A DNA stretch of 64,000 bases. Source: an uncultured Alphaproteobacteria bacterium. Lineage in GTDB: Bacteria; Pseudomonadota; Alphaproteobacteria; Rhizobiales; Aestuariivirgaceae. The DNA lies in the NCBI GenBank assembly GCA_937870685.1, contig CALMZX010000144.1:859-64858 (forward strand), read 5' to 3'. Position 1 is the stretch's first letter. Each line of letters begins with the position of its first letter. Under the pieces are notes generated by a model that worked only from the letters and a program-made list of their open reading frames with translations, made no database searches and was not told where the DNA came from. A program made the translations under genes and the position numbers. Of the stretch, positions 48,662 through 60,586 are shown in pieces.

Positions 48662-49729
48662 GTGATCAATCGCAGAATTTTCATGGCATCCACGGTCGCC
48701 GCTGCCGTCGCCATCACCACGGGCATTGCACATGCCGAAGGCAAGGGCCTTGTCGGCCTCGCCATGCCGAACAAGTCGTCCACGCGCTGGATCTCGGACG
48801 GCGAATCCATGTCCAAGGAATTCTCGGCGCTCGGCTATGAAGTTGACCTGCAGTTCGCCGAAGACGACATCCCGACGCAGCTCTCGCAGATCGAAAACAT
48901 GCTGACCAAGGGTGCCAAGGTCCTGGTCATCGCCTCGATCGACGGCACCACGCTGACAGACGTGCTCAAGAAGGCCCACGAAGCTGGTGCCAAGGTCATC
49001 GCCTATGACCGCCTCATCCGCAACTCCGGCGACGTGGACTATTATGCCACGTTCGACAACTTCAAGGTTGGCGTGCTGCAGGCTGACAGTCTCGTGGCCG
49101 GCCTGAAGGAGCGCTTTGCCTCGGTGAAGCCGTGGAACGTTGAACTCTTCGGCGGTTCGCCGGACGACAACAACGCCTTCTTCTTCTATGATGGCGCCAT
49201 GTCGGTGCTGCAGCCGATGATCGATGCCGGCGAGATCGCCGTTGTCTCCGGCCAGATGGGCATGGACAAGGTCGGCACGCTGCGCTGGGACGGCGCCGTG
49301 GCCCAGGCCCGCATGGACAACCTGCTCTCCGCCAACTACACGGACAAGAAGGTGCACGGCGTGCTGTCGCCCTACGACGGCCTGTCGCGCGGCATCATCT
49401 CGTCGCTCAAGGGTGTTGGCTATGCGGCCGGCGCCGAAATGCCGATCGTCACCGGCCAGGACGCCGAAGTGGCTTCGGTCAAGGGCATGATGGCTGGCGA
49501 GCAGTACTCCACGGTGTTCAAGGACACCCGCGACCTCGCCAAGAAGACCGCCGCCATGGTCGATGCCGTGATGCAGGGCAAGGAACCCGAAGTCAACGAC
49601 ACCAAGACCTACGACAACGGCGTCAAGGTCGTGCCGTCCAACCTGCTCGTGCCGTATTCGGTGGGCAAGGGTGACATCGAAAAGCTGCTGATCGGTTCCG
49701 GCTACATCAAGGCCGAAGAACTGCAGTAA
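48662..49729 (+). CDS. chvE: Multiple monosaccharide ABC transporter substrate-binding protein
   Basis: [49 protein letters not shown]. Confidence 0.9.
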   Translation: MINRRIFMASTVAAAVAITTGIAHAEGKGLVGLAMPNKSSTRWISDGESMSKEFSALGYEVDLQFAEDDIPTQLSQIENMLTKGAKVLVIASIDGTTLTDVLKKAHEAGAKVIAYDRLIRNSGDVDYYATFDNFKVGVLQADSLVAGLKERFASVKPWNVELFGGSPDDNNAFFFYDGAMSVLQPMIDAGEIAVVSGQMGMDKVGTLRWDGAVAQARMDNLLSANYTDKKVHGVLSPYDGLSRGIISSLKGVGYAAGAEMPIVTGQDAEVASVKGMMAGEQYSTVFKDTRDLAKKTAAMVDAVMQGKEPEVNDTKTYDNGVKVVPSNLLVPYSVGKGDIEKLLIGSGYIKAEELQ

Positions 49730-49745
49730 GCCACATCTGCCGACA

Positions 49746-49780
49746 GGGCCCCGCAGGGAGACTTGCGGGGCCCTTCTTTT
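49746..49780 (+). terminator. Intrinsic-terminator-like hairpin after chvE
   Basis: GGGCCCCGCA-N8-TGCGGGGCCC followed by TTCTTTT. Confidence 0.7.
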
Positions 49781-49826
49781 CAAGACATCATGACGAACGA
49801 GAGCGGGAGAACCCGCCGGAGACCTC

Positions 49827-51389
49827 ATGGGAGCAGTGCGGACGGCGATGCAGCAGGCAGTCGGGCCCATCCTCGAGATGAAGGGCATCACCAAGACGTT
49901 TCCGGGCGTCAAGGCGCTGACAGACGTGAACATTTCCGTCATGCCCGCCGAAATCCACGCCGTCGTGGGCGAGAATGGCGCCGGCAAATCCACCCTGATG
50001 AAGGTGCTGTCCGGCGTCTATCCGCACGGCAGCTATGACGGCACGATCCTCTATGAGGGCAAGGAACGGCAGTTCCGCAAGATTTCCGATTCCGAAGACA
50101 TCGGCATCATCATCATCCACCAGGAGCTGGCGCTGGTGCCGCTGCTCTCCATCGCCGAGAACATTTTTCTCGGCCACGAGACGGCAAGGAACGGCATCAT
50201 CAACTGGTTCGAGGCCTTCACGCGCACGCGCGAGCTTCTCAAGAAGGTCGGCCTCAGCGAGCATCCCAACACACTGATCACCAACATCGGCACCGGCAAG
50301 CAGCAGCTTGTGGAAATCGCCAAGGCGCTGAACAAGAAGGTGAAGCTGCTGATCCTCGACGAGCCGACCTCATCGCTCAACGAAAAGGATTCGAACGCGC
50401 TTCTCGAATTGCTGAAAGGCTTCAAGGCGCAGGGCATTGCCTCCATCCTGATCACCCACAAGCTGAACGAGGTGATGAAGGTCGCCGACCGCATCACCGT
50501 CATCCGGGATGGCAAGACGGTCGACACCATGGACGTTCACACCGGCGAGGTGAACGAGGACCGCATCATCAAGGCGATGGTGGGCCGCGACCTGTCGGAG
50601 CGCTACCCGCCGCGCATCCCGCACATCGGCGACACGCTGCTCGAGGTGAAGAACTGGAGTGTGCATCACCCGCAACATGCGGACCGGCAGGTGATCAAGG
50701 GCGTCAACCTCACGGTAAAAGCGGGCGAAGTCGTAGGCATCGCCGGACTGATGGGGGCGGGCCGCACGGAATTTGCCATGTCGCTGTTCGGCAAGGCCTA
50801 TGGCACGAAGATCAGCGGCGACGTGTTCATGCGCGGCAAGCCGGTTGACGTGTCGAGCATTCCAAAGGCGATGGAGGCGGGGCTGGCCTATGTCACTGAA
50901 GACCGCAAGACCTACGGCCTCGTGCTCATCGACCACATCAAGCACAACGTGACGCTGGCCAACCTGAAGGGCGTGTCGGAGCGCGGTGTCGTCAACGACG
51001 TGAGCGAGATCGGGGTTGCCACCAAGTACCGCAAGGACCTGGGCATCCGGTCATCCAGCATCTACCAGACCACGGTCAACCTGTCGGGCGGAAACCAGCA
51101 GAAGGTGGTGCTGTCGAAGTGGCTGTTCTCTGGCCCGGACGTGCTGATCCTTGACGAACCCACGCGCGGCATCGATGTGGGCGCCAAGTTCGAAATCTAC
51201 GGCATCATCAACCAGCTGGCGGGCGAGGGAAAGGCAGTGATCGTCATTTCATCCGAAATGCCGGAACTGCTCGGCATCTCGGACCGCATCTATGTGATGA
51301 ACGAAGGAAAATTCGTGGCTGAAATGCCAGCCAAAGAAGCGTCGCAGGAAAAGATCATGCGCGCCATCATGAAATCATGGGGTACCTGA
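49827..51389 (+). CDS. gguA: Monosaccharide ABC transporter ATPase (two NBDs)
   Basis: [31 protein letters not shown]. Confidence 0.92.
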   Translation: MGAVRTAMQQAVGPILEMKGITKTFPGVKALTDVNISVMPAEIHAVVGENGAGKSTLMKVLSGVYPHGSYDGTILYEGKERQFRKISDSEDIGIIIIHQELALVPLLSIAENIFLGHETARNGIINWFEAFTRTRELLKKVGLSEHPNTLITNIGTGKQQLVEIAKALNKKVKLLILDEPTSSLNEKDSNALLELLKGFKAQGIASILITHKLNEVMKVADRITVIRDGKTVDTMDVHTGEVNEDRIIKAMVGRDLSERYPPRIPHIGDTLLEVKNWSVHHPQHADRQVIKGVNLTVKAGEVVGIAGLMGAGRTEFAMSLFGKAYGTKISGDVFMRGKPVDVSSIPKAMEAGLAYVTEDRKTYGLVLIDHIKHNVTLANLKGVSERGVVNDVSEIGVATKYRKDLGIRSSSIYQTTVNLSGGNQQKVVLSKWLFSGPDVLILDEPTRGIDVGAKFEIYGIINQLAGEGKAVIVISSEMPELLGISDRIYVMNEGKFVAEMPAKEASQEKIMRAIMKSWGT

Positions 51390-51390
51390 C

Positions 51391-52608
51391 ATGACCGATA
51401 TCGCCGCCAAGGCCGAGCGCCCGTCCATCATGAGCTTCGTGAAGGCGAACATCCGCGATTACGCGCTGCTGCTGTCGCTGGCGGCCATCATGGTGTTCTT
51501 CCAGTTCACCACCAAGGGCATCCTGTTCACGCCGCTGAACATGACCAACATCATCCTGCAGAACAGCTACATCGTCATCATGGCGCTGGGCATGCTGCTG
51601 ATCATCGTGGCCGGGCACATTGACCTCTCCGTCGGCTTCCTGTCCGGCTTTGTCGGTGCCATCGCGGGCGTGCTGATGGTGACCAACCCGTTCTGGCCTG
51701 TGGAATGGAAGCTGGGCACGGTGCCGGCCATTGCCGTCTGCCTGTTGGCGGGAACGCTGATCGGGGCCCTGCAGGGATGGTTCGTGGCGCGCTTCCGCAT
51801 TCCCGCCTTCATCGTGACGCTGGCGGGGATGCTCATCTTCCGCGGCCTGATGATTGCCATGCTCTCCGGCCGCAACCTTGGACCCTTCCCGGAATCCTTC
51901 CAGGCGATTTCCAACGGCTATGTGCCGGACCTGCTGGCCTTCATGGCGCCCGCAGGCATCAACATGTTTGCCCTTGTCGTGGGCGCTGTGGTGACGCTGC
52001 TCATCCTGTGGTCCAACTGGAAGGCGCGCATGCTGGAGCAGGCGCATGGCATGGCGGAAGAGCCGATCGAGCTGTTCTATGGACGCAACGCGCTCATCGC
52101 CGCGGCCTTCCTTGCCTTCTCGTGGATCATGGCCAACCACAGGGGCCTGCCCAATGTGCTGATCACCATGTTCGCCCTGGTGGCGCTGTTCATGTTCATC
52201 ACCACGCGTACCACCTTTGGCCGCCGGGTCTATGCCATGGGCGGCAACGAGAAGGCGGCGCGTCTTTCCGGCCTCAACACCGAGAAGATCACCATTGCGA
52301 TCTTCGCTATCATGGGGGGGCTGTCGGCGCTGGCAGGCCTGGTCTATGCGGCCCGCCTCAATTCGGCCCAGCCCAAGGCCGGTGCCGGGCTTGAACTGGA
52401 CGTGATCGCCGCCTGTTTCATCGGCGGGGCGGCTGTGACCGGGGGCGTCGGCAAGATCACGGGGGTGGTGATCGGGGCCTTCATCATGGGCGTCATGAAC
52501 AACGGCATGGGCATCATGGGCATCGGCATCGACTGGCAGCAGGTGATCAAGGGGGCCGTGCTTCTGCTTGCCGTGTTCCTTGACGTCTATTTCAAGAACA
52601 AGTCGTAG
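51391..52608 (+). CDS. gguB: Monosaccharide ABC transporter permease
   Basis: GHIDLSVG, IPAFIVTLAG, YAMGGNEKAARLSG, ELDVIAACFIGG. Confidence 0.92.
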   Translation: MTDIAAKAERPSIMSFVKANIRDYALLLSLAAIMVFFQFTTKGILFTPLNMTNIILQNSYIVIMALGMLLIIVAGHIDLSVGFLSGFVGAIAGVLMVTNPFWPVEWKLGTVPAIAVCLLAGTLIGALQGWFVARFRIPAFIVTLAGMLIFRGLMIAMLSGRNLGPFPESFQAISNGYVPDLLAFMAPAGINMFALVVGAVVTLLILWSNWKARMLEQAHGMAEEPIELFYGRNALIAAAFLAFSWIMANHRGLPNVLITMFALVALFMFITTRTTFGRRVYAMGGNEKAARLSGLNTEKITIAIFAIMGGLSALAGLVYAARLNSAQPKAGAGLELDVIAACFIGGAAVTGGVGKITGVVIGAFIMGVMNNGMGIMGIGIDWQQVIKGAVLLLAVFLDVYFKNKS

Positions 52609-52849
52609 CTGGAACGCGTTTCACCTGCTGATTGCGCGGCCGGATTGGCTGATTTCGCCATGTTGCCCGAGGATTAGGCCTATTGGACCACCACCCATGG
52701 CTGGCTGGGGCCAGCCTGCAAGACCCCATTGCCGGACGGTCATATCCCCGTCATAGTGTATGTCCTAACTCAGCCAGAAGCCGGGCCAACCGGACTTTAT
52801 GGGAGTTTCGGGGAGGCATTGTGCCGGCCCCACTTTGGAGGAAATAAGA

Positions 52850-54010
52850 ATGAGCAAATCCAAATCGACGATGGACCTGCTGAAGGCCGCCCGCCTGTCT
52901 CGCCGCTCGGTGATGAAGGCCGCCGCCGCAACCGGTGCCGTCGGATTCACCGTGCCGCTGGTCACGCGCAATGCCCTGTCTTCGTCTGGCGAACTGAATC
53001 TCCTGATGTGGTCGGACGAATTCCCGGGCGACGTGATCCCGAACTTCGAAAAGGCCACCGGCATCAAGATCAACCAGACGCCGTTCTCGCAGAACGAAGA
53101 GCAGATCAACAAGCTGCAGGCGACCGGCGGCGAAGGCTTCGACCTGTGCCAGCCCACCGTGAGCCGCGCCCCGCAGTTCAAGGATCTCGCCGTCACGACG
53201 CCTTTCGATCTCGGCAAGCTCAAGAACCTCGGCAACGTGCTGCCCGCCATGATGTCCAGCTCAGAAGCCCTGTGGAAGTGGGAAGACGGCCTGCACCACC
53301 TGCCGCATTGCTGGGGTTCGGAAGCGCTCTCCTTCCGCACCGACCTGTACAAGGGTGACCTGAGCAAGCTGTCCTACGGCTCGCTCTGGCAGGAAGACGT
53401 CAAGGGCCACACCCAGGGCCGCGGCCACTCCTTCATTCTCGGCATCGGCCTGTGGTGGGACGCGGAAGGCAAGCAGCCGTCCAACCGCATGCTCGACAGC
53501 TACAAGGATGAAGACAACTTCAAGCGCCTGTGGGATCCGATCCTGAAGTTCGCCATCGACAACAAGGCCTGGGTGAAGCAGTTCTGGGATTCCGCCGACA
53601 ACACCAAGTCGGGCCTGATGGAAAACGACGTGTGGCTCGGCCAGACGTGGGACGGCCCGGCGCTGTCGCTCAAGAAGGAAGGCAAGCCCGTGGGCTACCA
53701 GGCCCCGAAGGAAGGCGCCATCGTCTGGATGGACGGCCTCACCATGCTGAAGGCCTCCAAGAACCAGGAACAGGTCTATGCCTTCATCGACTACCTGCAC
53801 ACGCCGGAAGTCTCGGGCATGGTTGCGGACGGTTCGGGCTACAACCCGATCATCACCGGCGCCGATGCCTTCACCTCGGAAGTCTTCAAGAAGAACTTCC
53901 AGGAAGCCTATCCGGGCGACGCGCTCAAGAACCTCTGGCCGTGGCCGGCGGAACCCTCCTGGTTCGCCGAACTGCGCAGCCAGTACGAAGCCAAGTTCAA
54001 GGCTGCCTGA
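52850..54010 (+). CDS. PotD/PotF-like ABC substrate-binding protein with Tat signal
   Basis: SRRSVMK twin-arginine motif; PHCWGSE; WDG; PKEGAIVWMDG. Confidence 0.85.
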   Translation: MSKSKSTMDLLKAARLSRRSVMKAAAATGAVGFTVPLVTRNALSSSGELNLLMWSDEFPGDVIPNFEKATGIKINQTPFSQNEEQINKLQATGGEGFDLCQPTVSRAPQFKDLAVTTPFDLGKLKNLGNVLPAMMSSSEALWKWEDGLHHLPHCWGSEALSFRTDLYKGDLSKLSYGSLWQEDVKGHTQGRGHSFILGIGLWWDAEGKQPSNRMLDSYKDEDNFKRLWDPILKFAIDNKAWVKQFWDSADNTKSGLMENDVWLGQTWDGPALSLKKEGKPVGYQAPKEGAIVWMDGLTMLKASKNQEQVYAFIDYLHTPEVSGMVADGSGYNPIITGADAFTSEVFKKNFQEAYPGDALKNLWPWPAEPSWFAELRSQYEAKFKAA

Positions 54011-54059
54011 TTGCGGGCAGAAGTTGCAGCGCGCTTCGGCAGGCTGCACGGAGAATGGA

Positions 54060-54088
54060 GCCAGCCCCTTTGGGGGCTGGCTTTTTTT
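54060..54088 (+). terminator. Intrinsic terminator after the substrate-binding gene
   Basis: GCCAGCCCC-TTTG-GGGGCTGGC followed by a T-run. Confidence 0.85.
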
Positions 54089-54190
54089 GACCCATTGACC
54101 GCCGCGAATTGGTTCTACTTGATCTTGGGGGCCAATCCGTAGAAAGTGCCCTGGCAAGAACGATAATAATTAATGCTCAGGGGAAATGTT

Positions 54191-55276
54191 ATGAGTGCAG
54201 GCGTTGAGCTTGACCACGTCACGGTGAAATTCGGAAATTTCACGGCCGTGAATGACGCCACGCTCGACATCAGGAGCGGCGAGTTCTTTTCCTTCCTCGG
54301 GCCATCCGGCTGCGGCAAGACGACGATCCTGCGGACCGTTTCCGGCTTCCTCGACCCCACGGCAGGCAGTGTGCGCATCGGCGGTCAGGACATGCAGGGC
54401 ATCGGGGCCAACAAGCGTCCGACGGCCCTGATCTTCCAGAACCTGGCGCTTTTCCCGCTGATGACGGTTGCGGAAAACATTGCCTATGGCCTGCGCGTGC
54501 GTGGCGTGGACAAGATGGCCCGACGCAAGAAGGCAGATGAACTGCTCGACCTGATCGCGCTGAAGGGCCAGGGCGACAAGCTGGTGAGCGAACTCTCCGG
54601 CGGCCAGAAGCAGCGCGTGGCCATTGCCCGAGCCCTCGCCGTGGAACCCAAGGTGCTGCTGCTTGATGAACCGCTCTCGGCGCTGGACCTGAAGCTGCGC
54701 CAGCACATGCGCAACGAATTGCGCGCCATCCAGCAGCGCGTCGGCATCACGTTCATCTACATCACCCACGACCAGGGCGAAGCCCTGACCATGTCGGACC
54801 GCATCGCGGTGATGAGCGATGGCGTCATTGAACAGGTGGCGGATGGCAAGATGGTCTATGACAAGCCGCAGACGCCCTTTGTTGCCTCCTTCGTGGGCGA
54901 GAACAATCCGTTCCCGGGCACGGTGAGCAAGGCCACCGCCACGGGCGCTGTCGTGGATACGGCCTTCGGCCCCCTCGCCGGCCTCAATCCCAATGGCCTG
55001 AAGGTTGGCGACAAGGCCATCCTGTTCGTGCGCCCCGAAACACTCAAGCTCGGCAAGGGTGCTGCCGCCACGAGCTTCACGACAGAGGTCGAAAGCGTGG
55101 CCTTCGAAGGCAACATGACCCATGTGTTCCTCAAAGGGGCAGCCAAGAAGAACATCACTGTCACGGTGGGCCGCCATGGCGGCGTGAAGATGCCTGCGCA
55201 GGGCGACAGGGCGAACGTGCACTATGACGAGGCCTATGGCCTCGTGCTGCCGGAAGGGAAGATGGCCCGTGAGTAG
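54191..55276 (+). CDS. PotA-like ABC ATPase
   Basis: GPSGCGKTT, FQNLALFP, LSGGQKQRVA, LLDEPLSALD, TOBE-like C-terminus. Confidence 0.92.
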   Translation: MSAGVELDHVTVKFGNFTAVNDATLDIRSGEFFSFLGPSGCGKTTILRTVSGFLDPTAGSVRIGGQDMQGIGANKRPTALIFQNLALFPLMTVAENIAYGLRVRGVDKMARRKKADELLDLIALKGQGDKLVSELSGGQKQRVAIARALAVEPKVLLLDEPLSALDLKLRQHMRNELRAIQQRVGITFIYITHDQGEALTMSDRIAVMSDGVIEQVADGKMVYDKPQTPFVASFVGENNPFPGTVSKATATGAVVDTAFGPLAGLNPNGLKVGDKAILFVRPETLKLGKGAAATSFTTEVESVAFEGNMTHVFLKGAAKKNITVTVGRHGGVKMPAQGDRANVHYDEAYGLVLPEGKMARE

Positions 55277-56273
55277 CCGCGCCCTCGTCCTGCTGGTGCC
55301 CTTTCTGGTCATCACCGCCTTCTGGCTGATGGCCCGCTATGAATCCAAACTGGGCCATGACCCCACCCACAAAAGCTACTGGGAACGCAACGGCACTGTG
55401 CTGGGCATTGCCTTCATCGCGCTGGTGGCGTTCTGGACGCTGTTCCTCGTCACGCTGCCCTATCTCTACATGGTGGTGGAGAGCTTCCACCCGCGGCTGC
55501 CGCCGGCACAACGCGGCGGCCCCAATGACTTCCTGACGATTGCCCAATACAAGTCGTTCATCGTGTCGCCGACGGATGGCGAGTGGAACTGGATCCACAT
55601 GGGCAATTTCACCTACACCATCGTGGTGTCGGCGGCGGTGACCTTCCTCAACCTCTGCATCTGCTATCCGCTGGCCTATTACATGGCGCAGTCCGGCTCG
55701 GCGCAGAAGGTGCGCCTGCTGATGCTGGCGCTGATCGTGCCCTACTGGATCAACGAGATCCTGCGCGCCTTCGCGGTGCGCCTGCTGATCGCCTCGAAAG
55801 GCCTGATCAACCAGGCCCTGATGGGCAGCGGCATCACCGATGTGCCGATCGACTTCCTTGGCAGCAATACCGGCATGTGGATCGGCCTCAGCTACGCCAA
55901 CCTGCTGATTATGATCTTCCCGCTCTACAATGCCATTGAAAGCCTCGACAAGAACCAGATCGAGGCGGCGCGCGACCTTGGCGCGCCATGGTGGAAGATC
56001 CACCGCGACGTGGTGATTCCCTATGCCAAGCCCGGCATCGCCTCGGGCTGCACCATGGTGTTCATGCTGGCGGCAGGTTCGCTGGCGGCGCCCCTGTTCC
56101 TCTCCGGGCCGCAGCAGCGCTGGTTCACCATGACGGTCTATGACTTCTTCTTCCAGGCCTTCAACTGGCCGCGTGGGTCGGCCTACGCCTTCATCCTGCT
56201 GGCGGCCTGCATCACCTTCGTCATGCTGGTGCTCAAACTCTTCAAGGTCAAACTCGGCGAGGCCATCCGATGA
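55269..56273 (+). CDS. PotB-like ABC permease
   Basis: CYPLAY, VPYWINEILR, EAARDLGA. Confidence 0.9.
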   Translation: MSSRALVLLVPFLVITAFWLMARYESKLGHDPTHKSYWERNGTVLGIAFIALVAFWTLFLVTLPYLYMVVESFHPRLPPAQRGGPNDFLTIAQYKSFIVSPTDGEWNWIHMGNFTYTIVVSAAVTFLNLCICYPLAYYMAQSGSAQKVRLLMLALIVPYWINEILRAFAVRLLIASKGLINQALMGSGITDVPIDFLGSNTGMWIGLSYANLLIMIFPLYNAIESLDKNQIEAARDLGAPWWKIHRDVVIPYAKPGIASGCTMVFMLAAGSLAAPLFLSGPQQRWFTMTVYDFFFQAFNWPRGSAYAFILLAACITFVMLVLKLFKVKLGEAIR

Positions 56274-57145
56274 AATCCAGCGCCGTCATGAAGGGAATGC
56301 TGGGGTTCTACATCGTCCTCTTCTTCCTCTATCTCTTTGGCCCGCTCATGGTGATGAGCGTCACGGCCTTCAACACGCCGTCCTATCCGCAGGCCTTGCC
56401 CTTTGAAGGCTTCACGCTGCAATGGTTTGAAAAGCTGTGGAACCACCGCCTGATGATGGAGGGCCTGTTGAACTCGATCATCATCGGGCTTGGCGTGGTG
56501 ACGATCTCCGTGCCCATCGGGCTCGCAGCCTCGATCATCATGAACCAGATCTATCACCGGGCTCGCAGCCTGTTCTATCTGGTGACGATTTCGCCGCTGC
56601 TCACGCCGGGCGTCATCATCGGCATTTCCACCGTGATCTTCTGGAAGGACGCCTTCGGTCTCACGGACTGGAGCAAGGCCACCTTCTACAAGGGGATTGT
56701 GCTGTCGATCCTTGGCCAGGCCAGCTTTGTTTCAGCCTACTGCCTGCTGATCATCATGGCACGCCTCACGCGCTTTGACCGGGCGCAGGAAGAGGCGGCA
56801 CTCGATCTTGGTGCGTCCTACCCGCAGGTGTTCTGGCATGTGCTGCTGCCGTTCCTGAAACCGGCGATGCTGTCTGCGTCCGTGATCGCCTTCCTCTCGT
56901 CTTTCGAGAACTTCAACACCACGACCTTCGCCATCCTTGCCGACAAGACGCTGGTGACTGTGCTCGCGGGCGAAACTCGGCAGGGCACGACACCGGCGCT
57001 TTCGGCACTGGCCGTGATCATCATCGCCATCTCGCTGGTGGGAGCCATCACCTATGAACTGCTCAAGCGCCGCGAAGAGGCGGCTGCCGAGCGGATGAAG
57101 GAACGGGCGCGGCTCGCCGAACGGGGCGAACTGGAGCAAGCCTAG
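56270..57145 (+). CDS. PotC-like ABC permease
   Basis: [30 protein letters not shown]. Confidence 0.9.
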   Translation: MKSSAVMKGMLGFYIVLFFLYLFGPLMVMSVTAFNTPSYPQALPFEGFTLQWFEKLWNHRLMMEGLLNSIIIGLGVVTISVPIGLAASIIMNQIYHRARSLFYLVTISPLLTPGVIIGISTVIFWKDAFGLTDWSKATFYKGIVLSILGQASFVSAYCLLIIMARLTRFDRAQEEAALDLGASYPQVFWHVLLPFLKPAMLSASVIAFLSSFENFNTTTFAILADKTLVTVLAGETRQGTTPALSALAVIIIAISLVGAITYELLKRREEAAAERMKERARLAERGELEQA

Positions 57146-59280
57146 TTCCTGGCCTTGACCTTCAGGCGTGCCGCGTGCAGCAGCGGTTCAGTGTAGCCGT
57201 TGGGCTGTTCGCGGCCCTTGAAGACGAGATCGCAGGCTGCCTGGAAAGCGGTTGAGAGTTCGAAGTCCGGGGCCATGGGCCTGTAGGCGGGATCGCCTGC
57301 ATTCTGCTTGTCCACAACCGCGGCCATGCGCTTCATCACCTCCATGACCTGGGCGCGGGTGCAGACCTTGTGATGCAGCCAGTTGGCGATGTGCTGCGAT
57401 GAGATGCGCAGCGTGGCACGGTCTTCCATCAGGCCAACGTTGTTGATGTCCGGCACCTTGGAGCAGCCGATGCCCTGATCAATCCAGCGGACGACATAGC
57501 CGAGGATGCCTTGCGCGTTGTTTTCGATCTCGCGGATGACCTGCGCTTCGCTCCATTTGCGGAAGGCGGCGACGGGAATGTCGAGCACGGCCTCCACATG
57601 GGCGCGGCGGCCGCCTGCAGCCAGCTTCTTCTGCGCGGCGAACACGTCGATGCGGTGATAGTGCAGGGCATGCAGCGTGGCGGCGGTGGGCGAGGGCACC
57701 CATGCGCAGTTGGCACCGGATTTCGGGTGATCGACCTTCTGTTCCAGCATGGCCGCCATCATGTCGGGGGCCGCCCACATGCCCTTGCCAATCTGTGCCT
57801 TGCCGGACAGGCCGCATTCGAGGCCGATGTCCACGTTCAGGTTCTCGTAGGCCGTGATCCAGCCCTTGCGCTTGATGAAATCCTTGCGGCTGAAGGGTCC
57901 TGCTTCCATCGAGGTGTGGATTTCGTCTCCGGTGCGGTCCAGGAACCCGGTGTTGATGAAAGCAACACGGTGTCTTGCGGCGCGGATGCATTCCTTCAGG
58001 TTCACCGTGGTGCGGCGCTCCTCGTCCATGATGCCGATCTTCACGGTGTTGGCGGGCAGGCCCAGCATTTTCTCGACGCGGGTGAAGACCGTGTCAGCGA
58101 AGGCCACTTCCTCCGGCCCGTGCATCTTGGGTTTCACCACATAGACTGATCCGTGCAGAGAATTGCGCGTGCCGTCCTTCTTTTTCAGGTCGTGGAGTGC
58201 ACACGTTGCTGTGACCACGGCGTCCATCAGTCCTTCGGGGATTTCGGCGCCCGACCGGTCAAGGATGGCAGGCGTCGTCATCAGGTGGCCGACATTGCGG
58301 ACCCAGAGAAGGGCCTGGCCTTTCAGCATGAACGGCTTGTTGTCGGGGCCGGTGAACTCCCGGTCGGCATTGAGATGGCGGGTGAAGGCCTTGCCGCCCT
58401 TTTCCATCTTCGCCTCAAGGTCGCCCTTCATCAGGCCGAGCCAGTTGGCATAGGCCTGCACCTTGTCTTCGGCATCAACGCAAGCGACCGAGTCCTCGCA
58501 GTCCATAATGGCAGAGAGGGCGCTTTCGATCACCACGTCGGCGAGCAGGGCCTGGTCGTGACGGCCGATGAAATGGGCGCGGTCGAAGACCAGTTCGACG
58601 TGCAGTCCGTTGTTGCGCAGGAGAACCGAATCCGGCGCTTTGGGGTTGCCCCGGTAGCCCACGAATTTCTCCGGCTGGAGCAATGGCAGGTCATCCACCA
58701 GCAGCGCGCCATCCTTCACGTGATAGCGGCGGACATCGGCGTGGCTGGTGCCCTGGATGGGAAAGGCCTCGTCGAGAAAGACGCGCACGCGCGCCACCAC
58801 GCGGGCCCCGCGGCCGCGTTCATAGCCACCGGCTGGTGGCGGGCTGCCCATGGCGTCAGTGCCATAGAGGCAATCATAGAGCGAACCCCAGCGGGCATTG
58901 GCGGCATTGAGGGCATAGCGGGCATTGGTCACGGGCACCACCAGCTGCGGCCCGGCGATGCTGGCGATCTCGGGATCGACATTGATGGTGTCGATCTTGA
59001 AGTCAGGGCCTTCCGGCAACAGGTAGCCGATCTTCTCCAGGAAGGCCTTCTGGGCCGGAATGCCTGCGCCCTGATTGCCGCGGTGCCAGTCATCGATCAG
59101 GGCCTGAAGCTCATCTCGTCTGGCGAGAAGAGCCCGGTTCTTCGGGGCGAGGTCGTGGACGAGCGATGAGAAATCCCGCCAGAACGCGTCGCTGGCAAGG
59201 CCCGTTCCGGGCAGTACCCGGGTGTCGATGAAGTCCGCAAGAAGTGCGTCAACCTTGAGACCGTGTTTGTCAGTGCGCAT
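57142..59280 (-). CDS. glcB: Malate synthase G
   Basis: [71 protein letters not shown]. Confidence 0.97.
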   Translation of the reverse strand: MRTDKHGLKVDALLADFIDTRVLPGTGLASDAFWRDFSSLVHDLAPKNRALLARRDELQALIDDWHRGNQGAGIPAQKAFLEKIGYLLPEGPDFKIDTINVDPEIASIAGPQLVVPVTNARYALNAANARWGSLYDCLYGTDAMGSPPPAGGYERGRGARVVARVRVFLDEAFPIQGTSHADVRRYHVKDGALLVDDLPLLQPEKFVGYRGNPKAPDSVLLRNNGLHVELVFDRAHFIGRHDQALLADVVIESALSAIMDCEDSVACVDAEDKVQAYANWLGLMKGDLEAKMEKGGKAFTRHLNADREFTGPDNKPFMLKGQALLWVRNVGHLMTTPAILDRSGAEIPEGLMDAVVTATCALHDLKKKDGTRNSLHGSVYVVKPKMHGPEEVAFADTVFTRVEKMLGLPANTVKIGIMDEERRTTVNLKECIRAARHRVAFINTGFLDRTGDEIHTSMEAGPFSRKDFIKRKGWITAYENLNVDIGLECGLSGKAQIGKGMWAAPDMMAAMLEQKVDHPKSGANCAWVPSPTAATLHALHYHRIDVFAAQKKLAAGGRRAHVEAVLDIPVAAFRKWSEAQVIREIENNAQGILGYVVRWIDQGIGCSKVPDINNVGLMEDRATLRISSQHIANWLHHKVCTRAQVMEVMKRMAAVVDKQNAGDPAYRPMAPDFELSTAFQAACDLVFKGREQPNGYTEPLLHAARLKVKARN

Positions 59281-60583
59281 GCGCGTTCATTCCATCCAGT
59301 TTGGCAGGCCGGGGGCCGCCATAGGCCCAGTCCAGCAATTCTACGGTGTGTACTACAGGAACTCCCGTCCCAGGAAAACCTGTGCCGGAGCCAAGCTGGG
59401 TCATGCAACCGATGTTGCCTGTGGCAATCACGTCCGGGTTGGTTGTGGCGATGTTGGCCAGTTTGCGATCACGCAAGCGGCCCGAAAGTTCCGGTTGCAG
59501 GATGCTGTAGGTGCCTGCCGAGCCGCAGCAGAGATGGCCTTCGGGGATTTCGGCCACGTCAAATCCGGCATGGCGCAGCAGGGCTTGTGGCTCAGTCTTC
59601 AGTTTCTGGCCATGTTGCAGCGAGCAGGCGGAATGATAGGCCACGCGGAGTTTCATGTCTGCCTGGGGCAGGTCAAGCCGGGTGAGCAATTCGCTGATGT
59701 CACAGGCTTTGGCGCTGATGGCGGCGGCCTTCGCGGCATAGGCGGGGTCAAGGCGGAGCATGTGGCCGTAATCCTTGATGGTGGTACCGCAGCCGGATGT
59801 GGTGATGACGATGTGATCCGGATTCTCCTCCGTCCACTGATCAATTACCCGGCGGGCGCGGGCAAGCGCATCTGCTTCCTTCCCCATGTGGTGGGTGAGG
59901 GAGCCGCAGCAGCTTTCGCCGCCAGTGACGGTCACGTCGTAGCCGAAGCGGTTGAGCAGGCGGATGGTGGCCGCATTGATGGCGGGATCAAGCACCGGCT
60001 GTACGCAGCCGCGCAGCAGCGCCACCTTGCCCTTGCGGGTGGCCGATGCCGGGTAGAAACCGGGCGCACCTGTGTCTTCGCGCGGCAGTGAGGATGGCAA
60101 CAGGGCGAGACCCGCGGCCATGCGCGCCATTCCCAAACGCCGCAGGAGCGGAGCGAAGGGTTTCGCCAATCCTGCTGCTGCAAGCGCATGGCGGAACAGT
60201 CCGGGGCGCGGCATGACGAAGGCGAGCAGATTGCGGAGCAGCGTTTCGCCTGCGGGCCTGCGGAAAGTCTCTTCCACATGGATGCGCGCGGTATCCACGA
60301 GGTGCATATAGTTCACGCCGGAGGGGCAGGTGGTCATGCAGGAGAGGCAGGAGAGGCAGCGGTCGATGTGGCGGGCATCGCTGACGGTCGCAGGGCGGTC
60401 TTCCTCCAGCATCTGCTTGATCAGGTAGATGCGGCCGCGCGGGCTGTCGAGTTCATCGCCCAAGAGCACATAGGTCGGGCAGGTGGCGGTGCAGAAACCG
60501 CAATGCACGCAAGACCGCAGGATGCCATTGGCGTCGGCCAGCACCGGGTCTTGCAGTTGCGCGGTCGTGAAATGCGTCTGCAT
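59270..60583 (-). CDS. glcF: Glycolate oxidase Fe-S subunit
   Basis: [27 protein letters not shown] domains, HSACSLQHG. Confidence 0.95.
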   Translation of the reverse strand: MQTHFTTAQLQDPVLADANGILRSCVHCGFCTATCPTYVLLGDELDSPRGRIYLIKQMLEEDRPATVSDARHIDRCLSCLSCMTTCPSGVNYMHLVDTARIHVEETFRRPAGETLLRNLLAFVMPRPGLFRHALAAAGLAKPFAPLLRRLGMARMAAGLALLPSSLPREDTGAPGFYPASATRKGKVALLRGCVQPVLDPAINAATIRLLNRFGYDVTVTGGESCCGSLTHHMGKEADALARARRVIDQWTEENPDHIVITTSGCGTTIKDYGHMLRLDPAYAAKAAAISAKACDISELLTRLDLPQADMKLRVAYHSACSLQHGQKLKTEPQALLRHAGFDVAEIPEGHLCCGSAGTYSILQPELSGRLRDRKLANIATTNPDVIATGNIGCMTQLGSGTGFPGTGVPVVHTVELLDWAYGGPRPAKLDGMNAHAH

Positions 60584-60586
60584 GGC

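Noticed and set aside
52609-52849. Possible guanidine, glycine or SAM riboswitch in the long leader
   Set aside because: None of the diagnostic motifs I know could be matched by eye.
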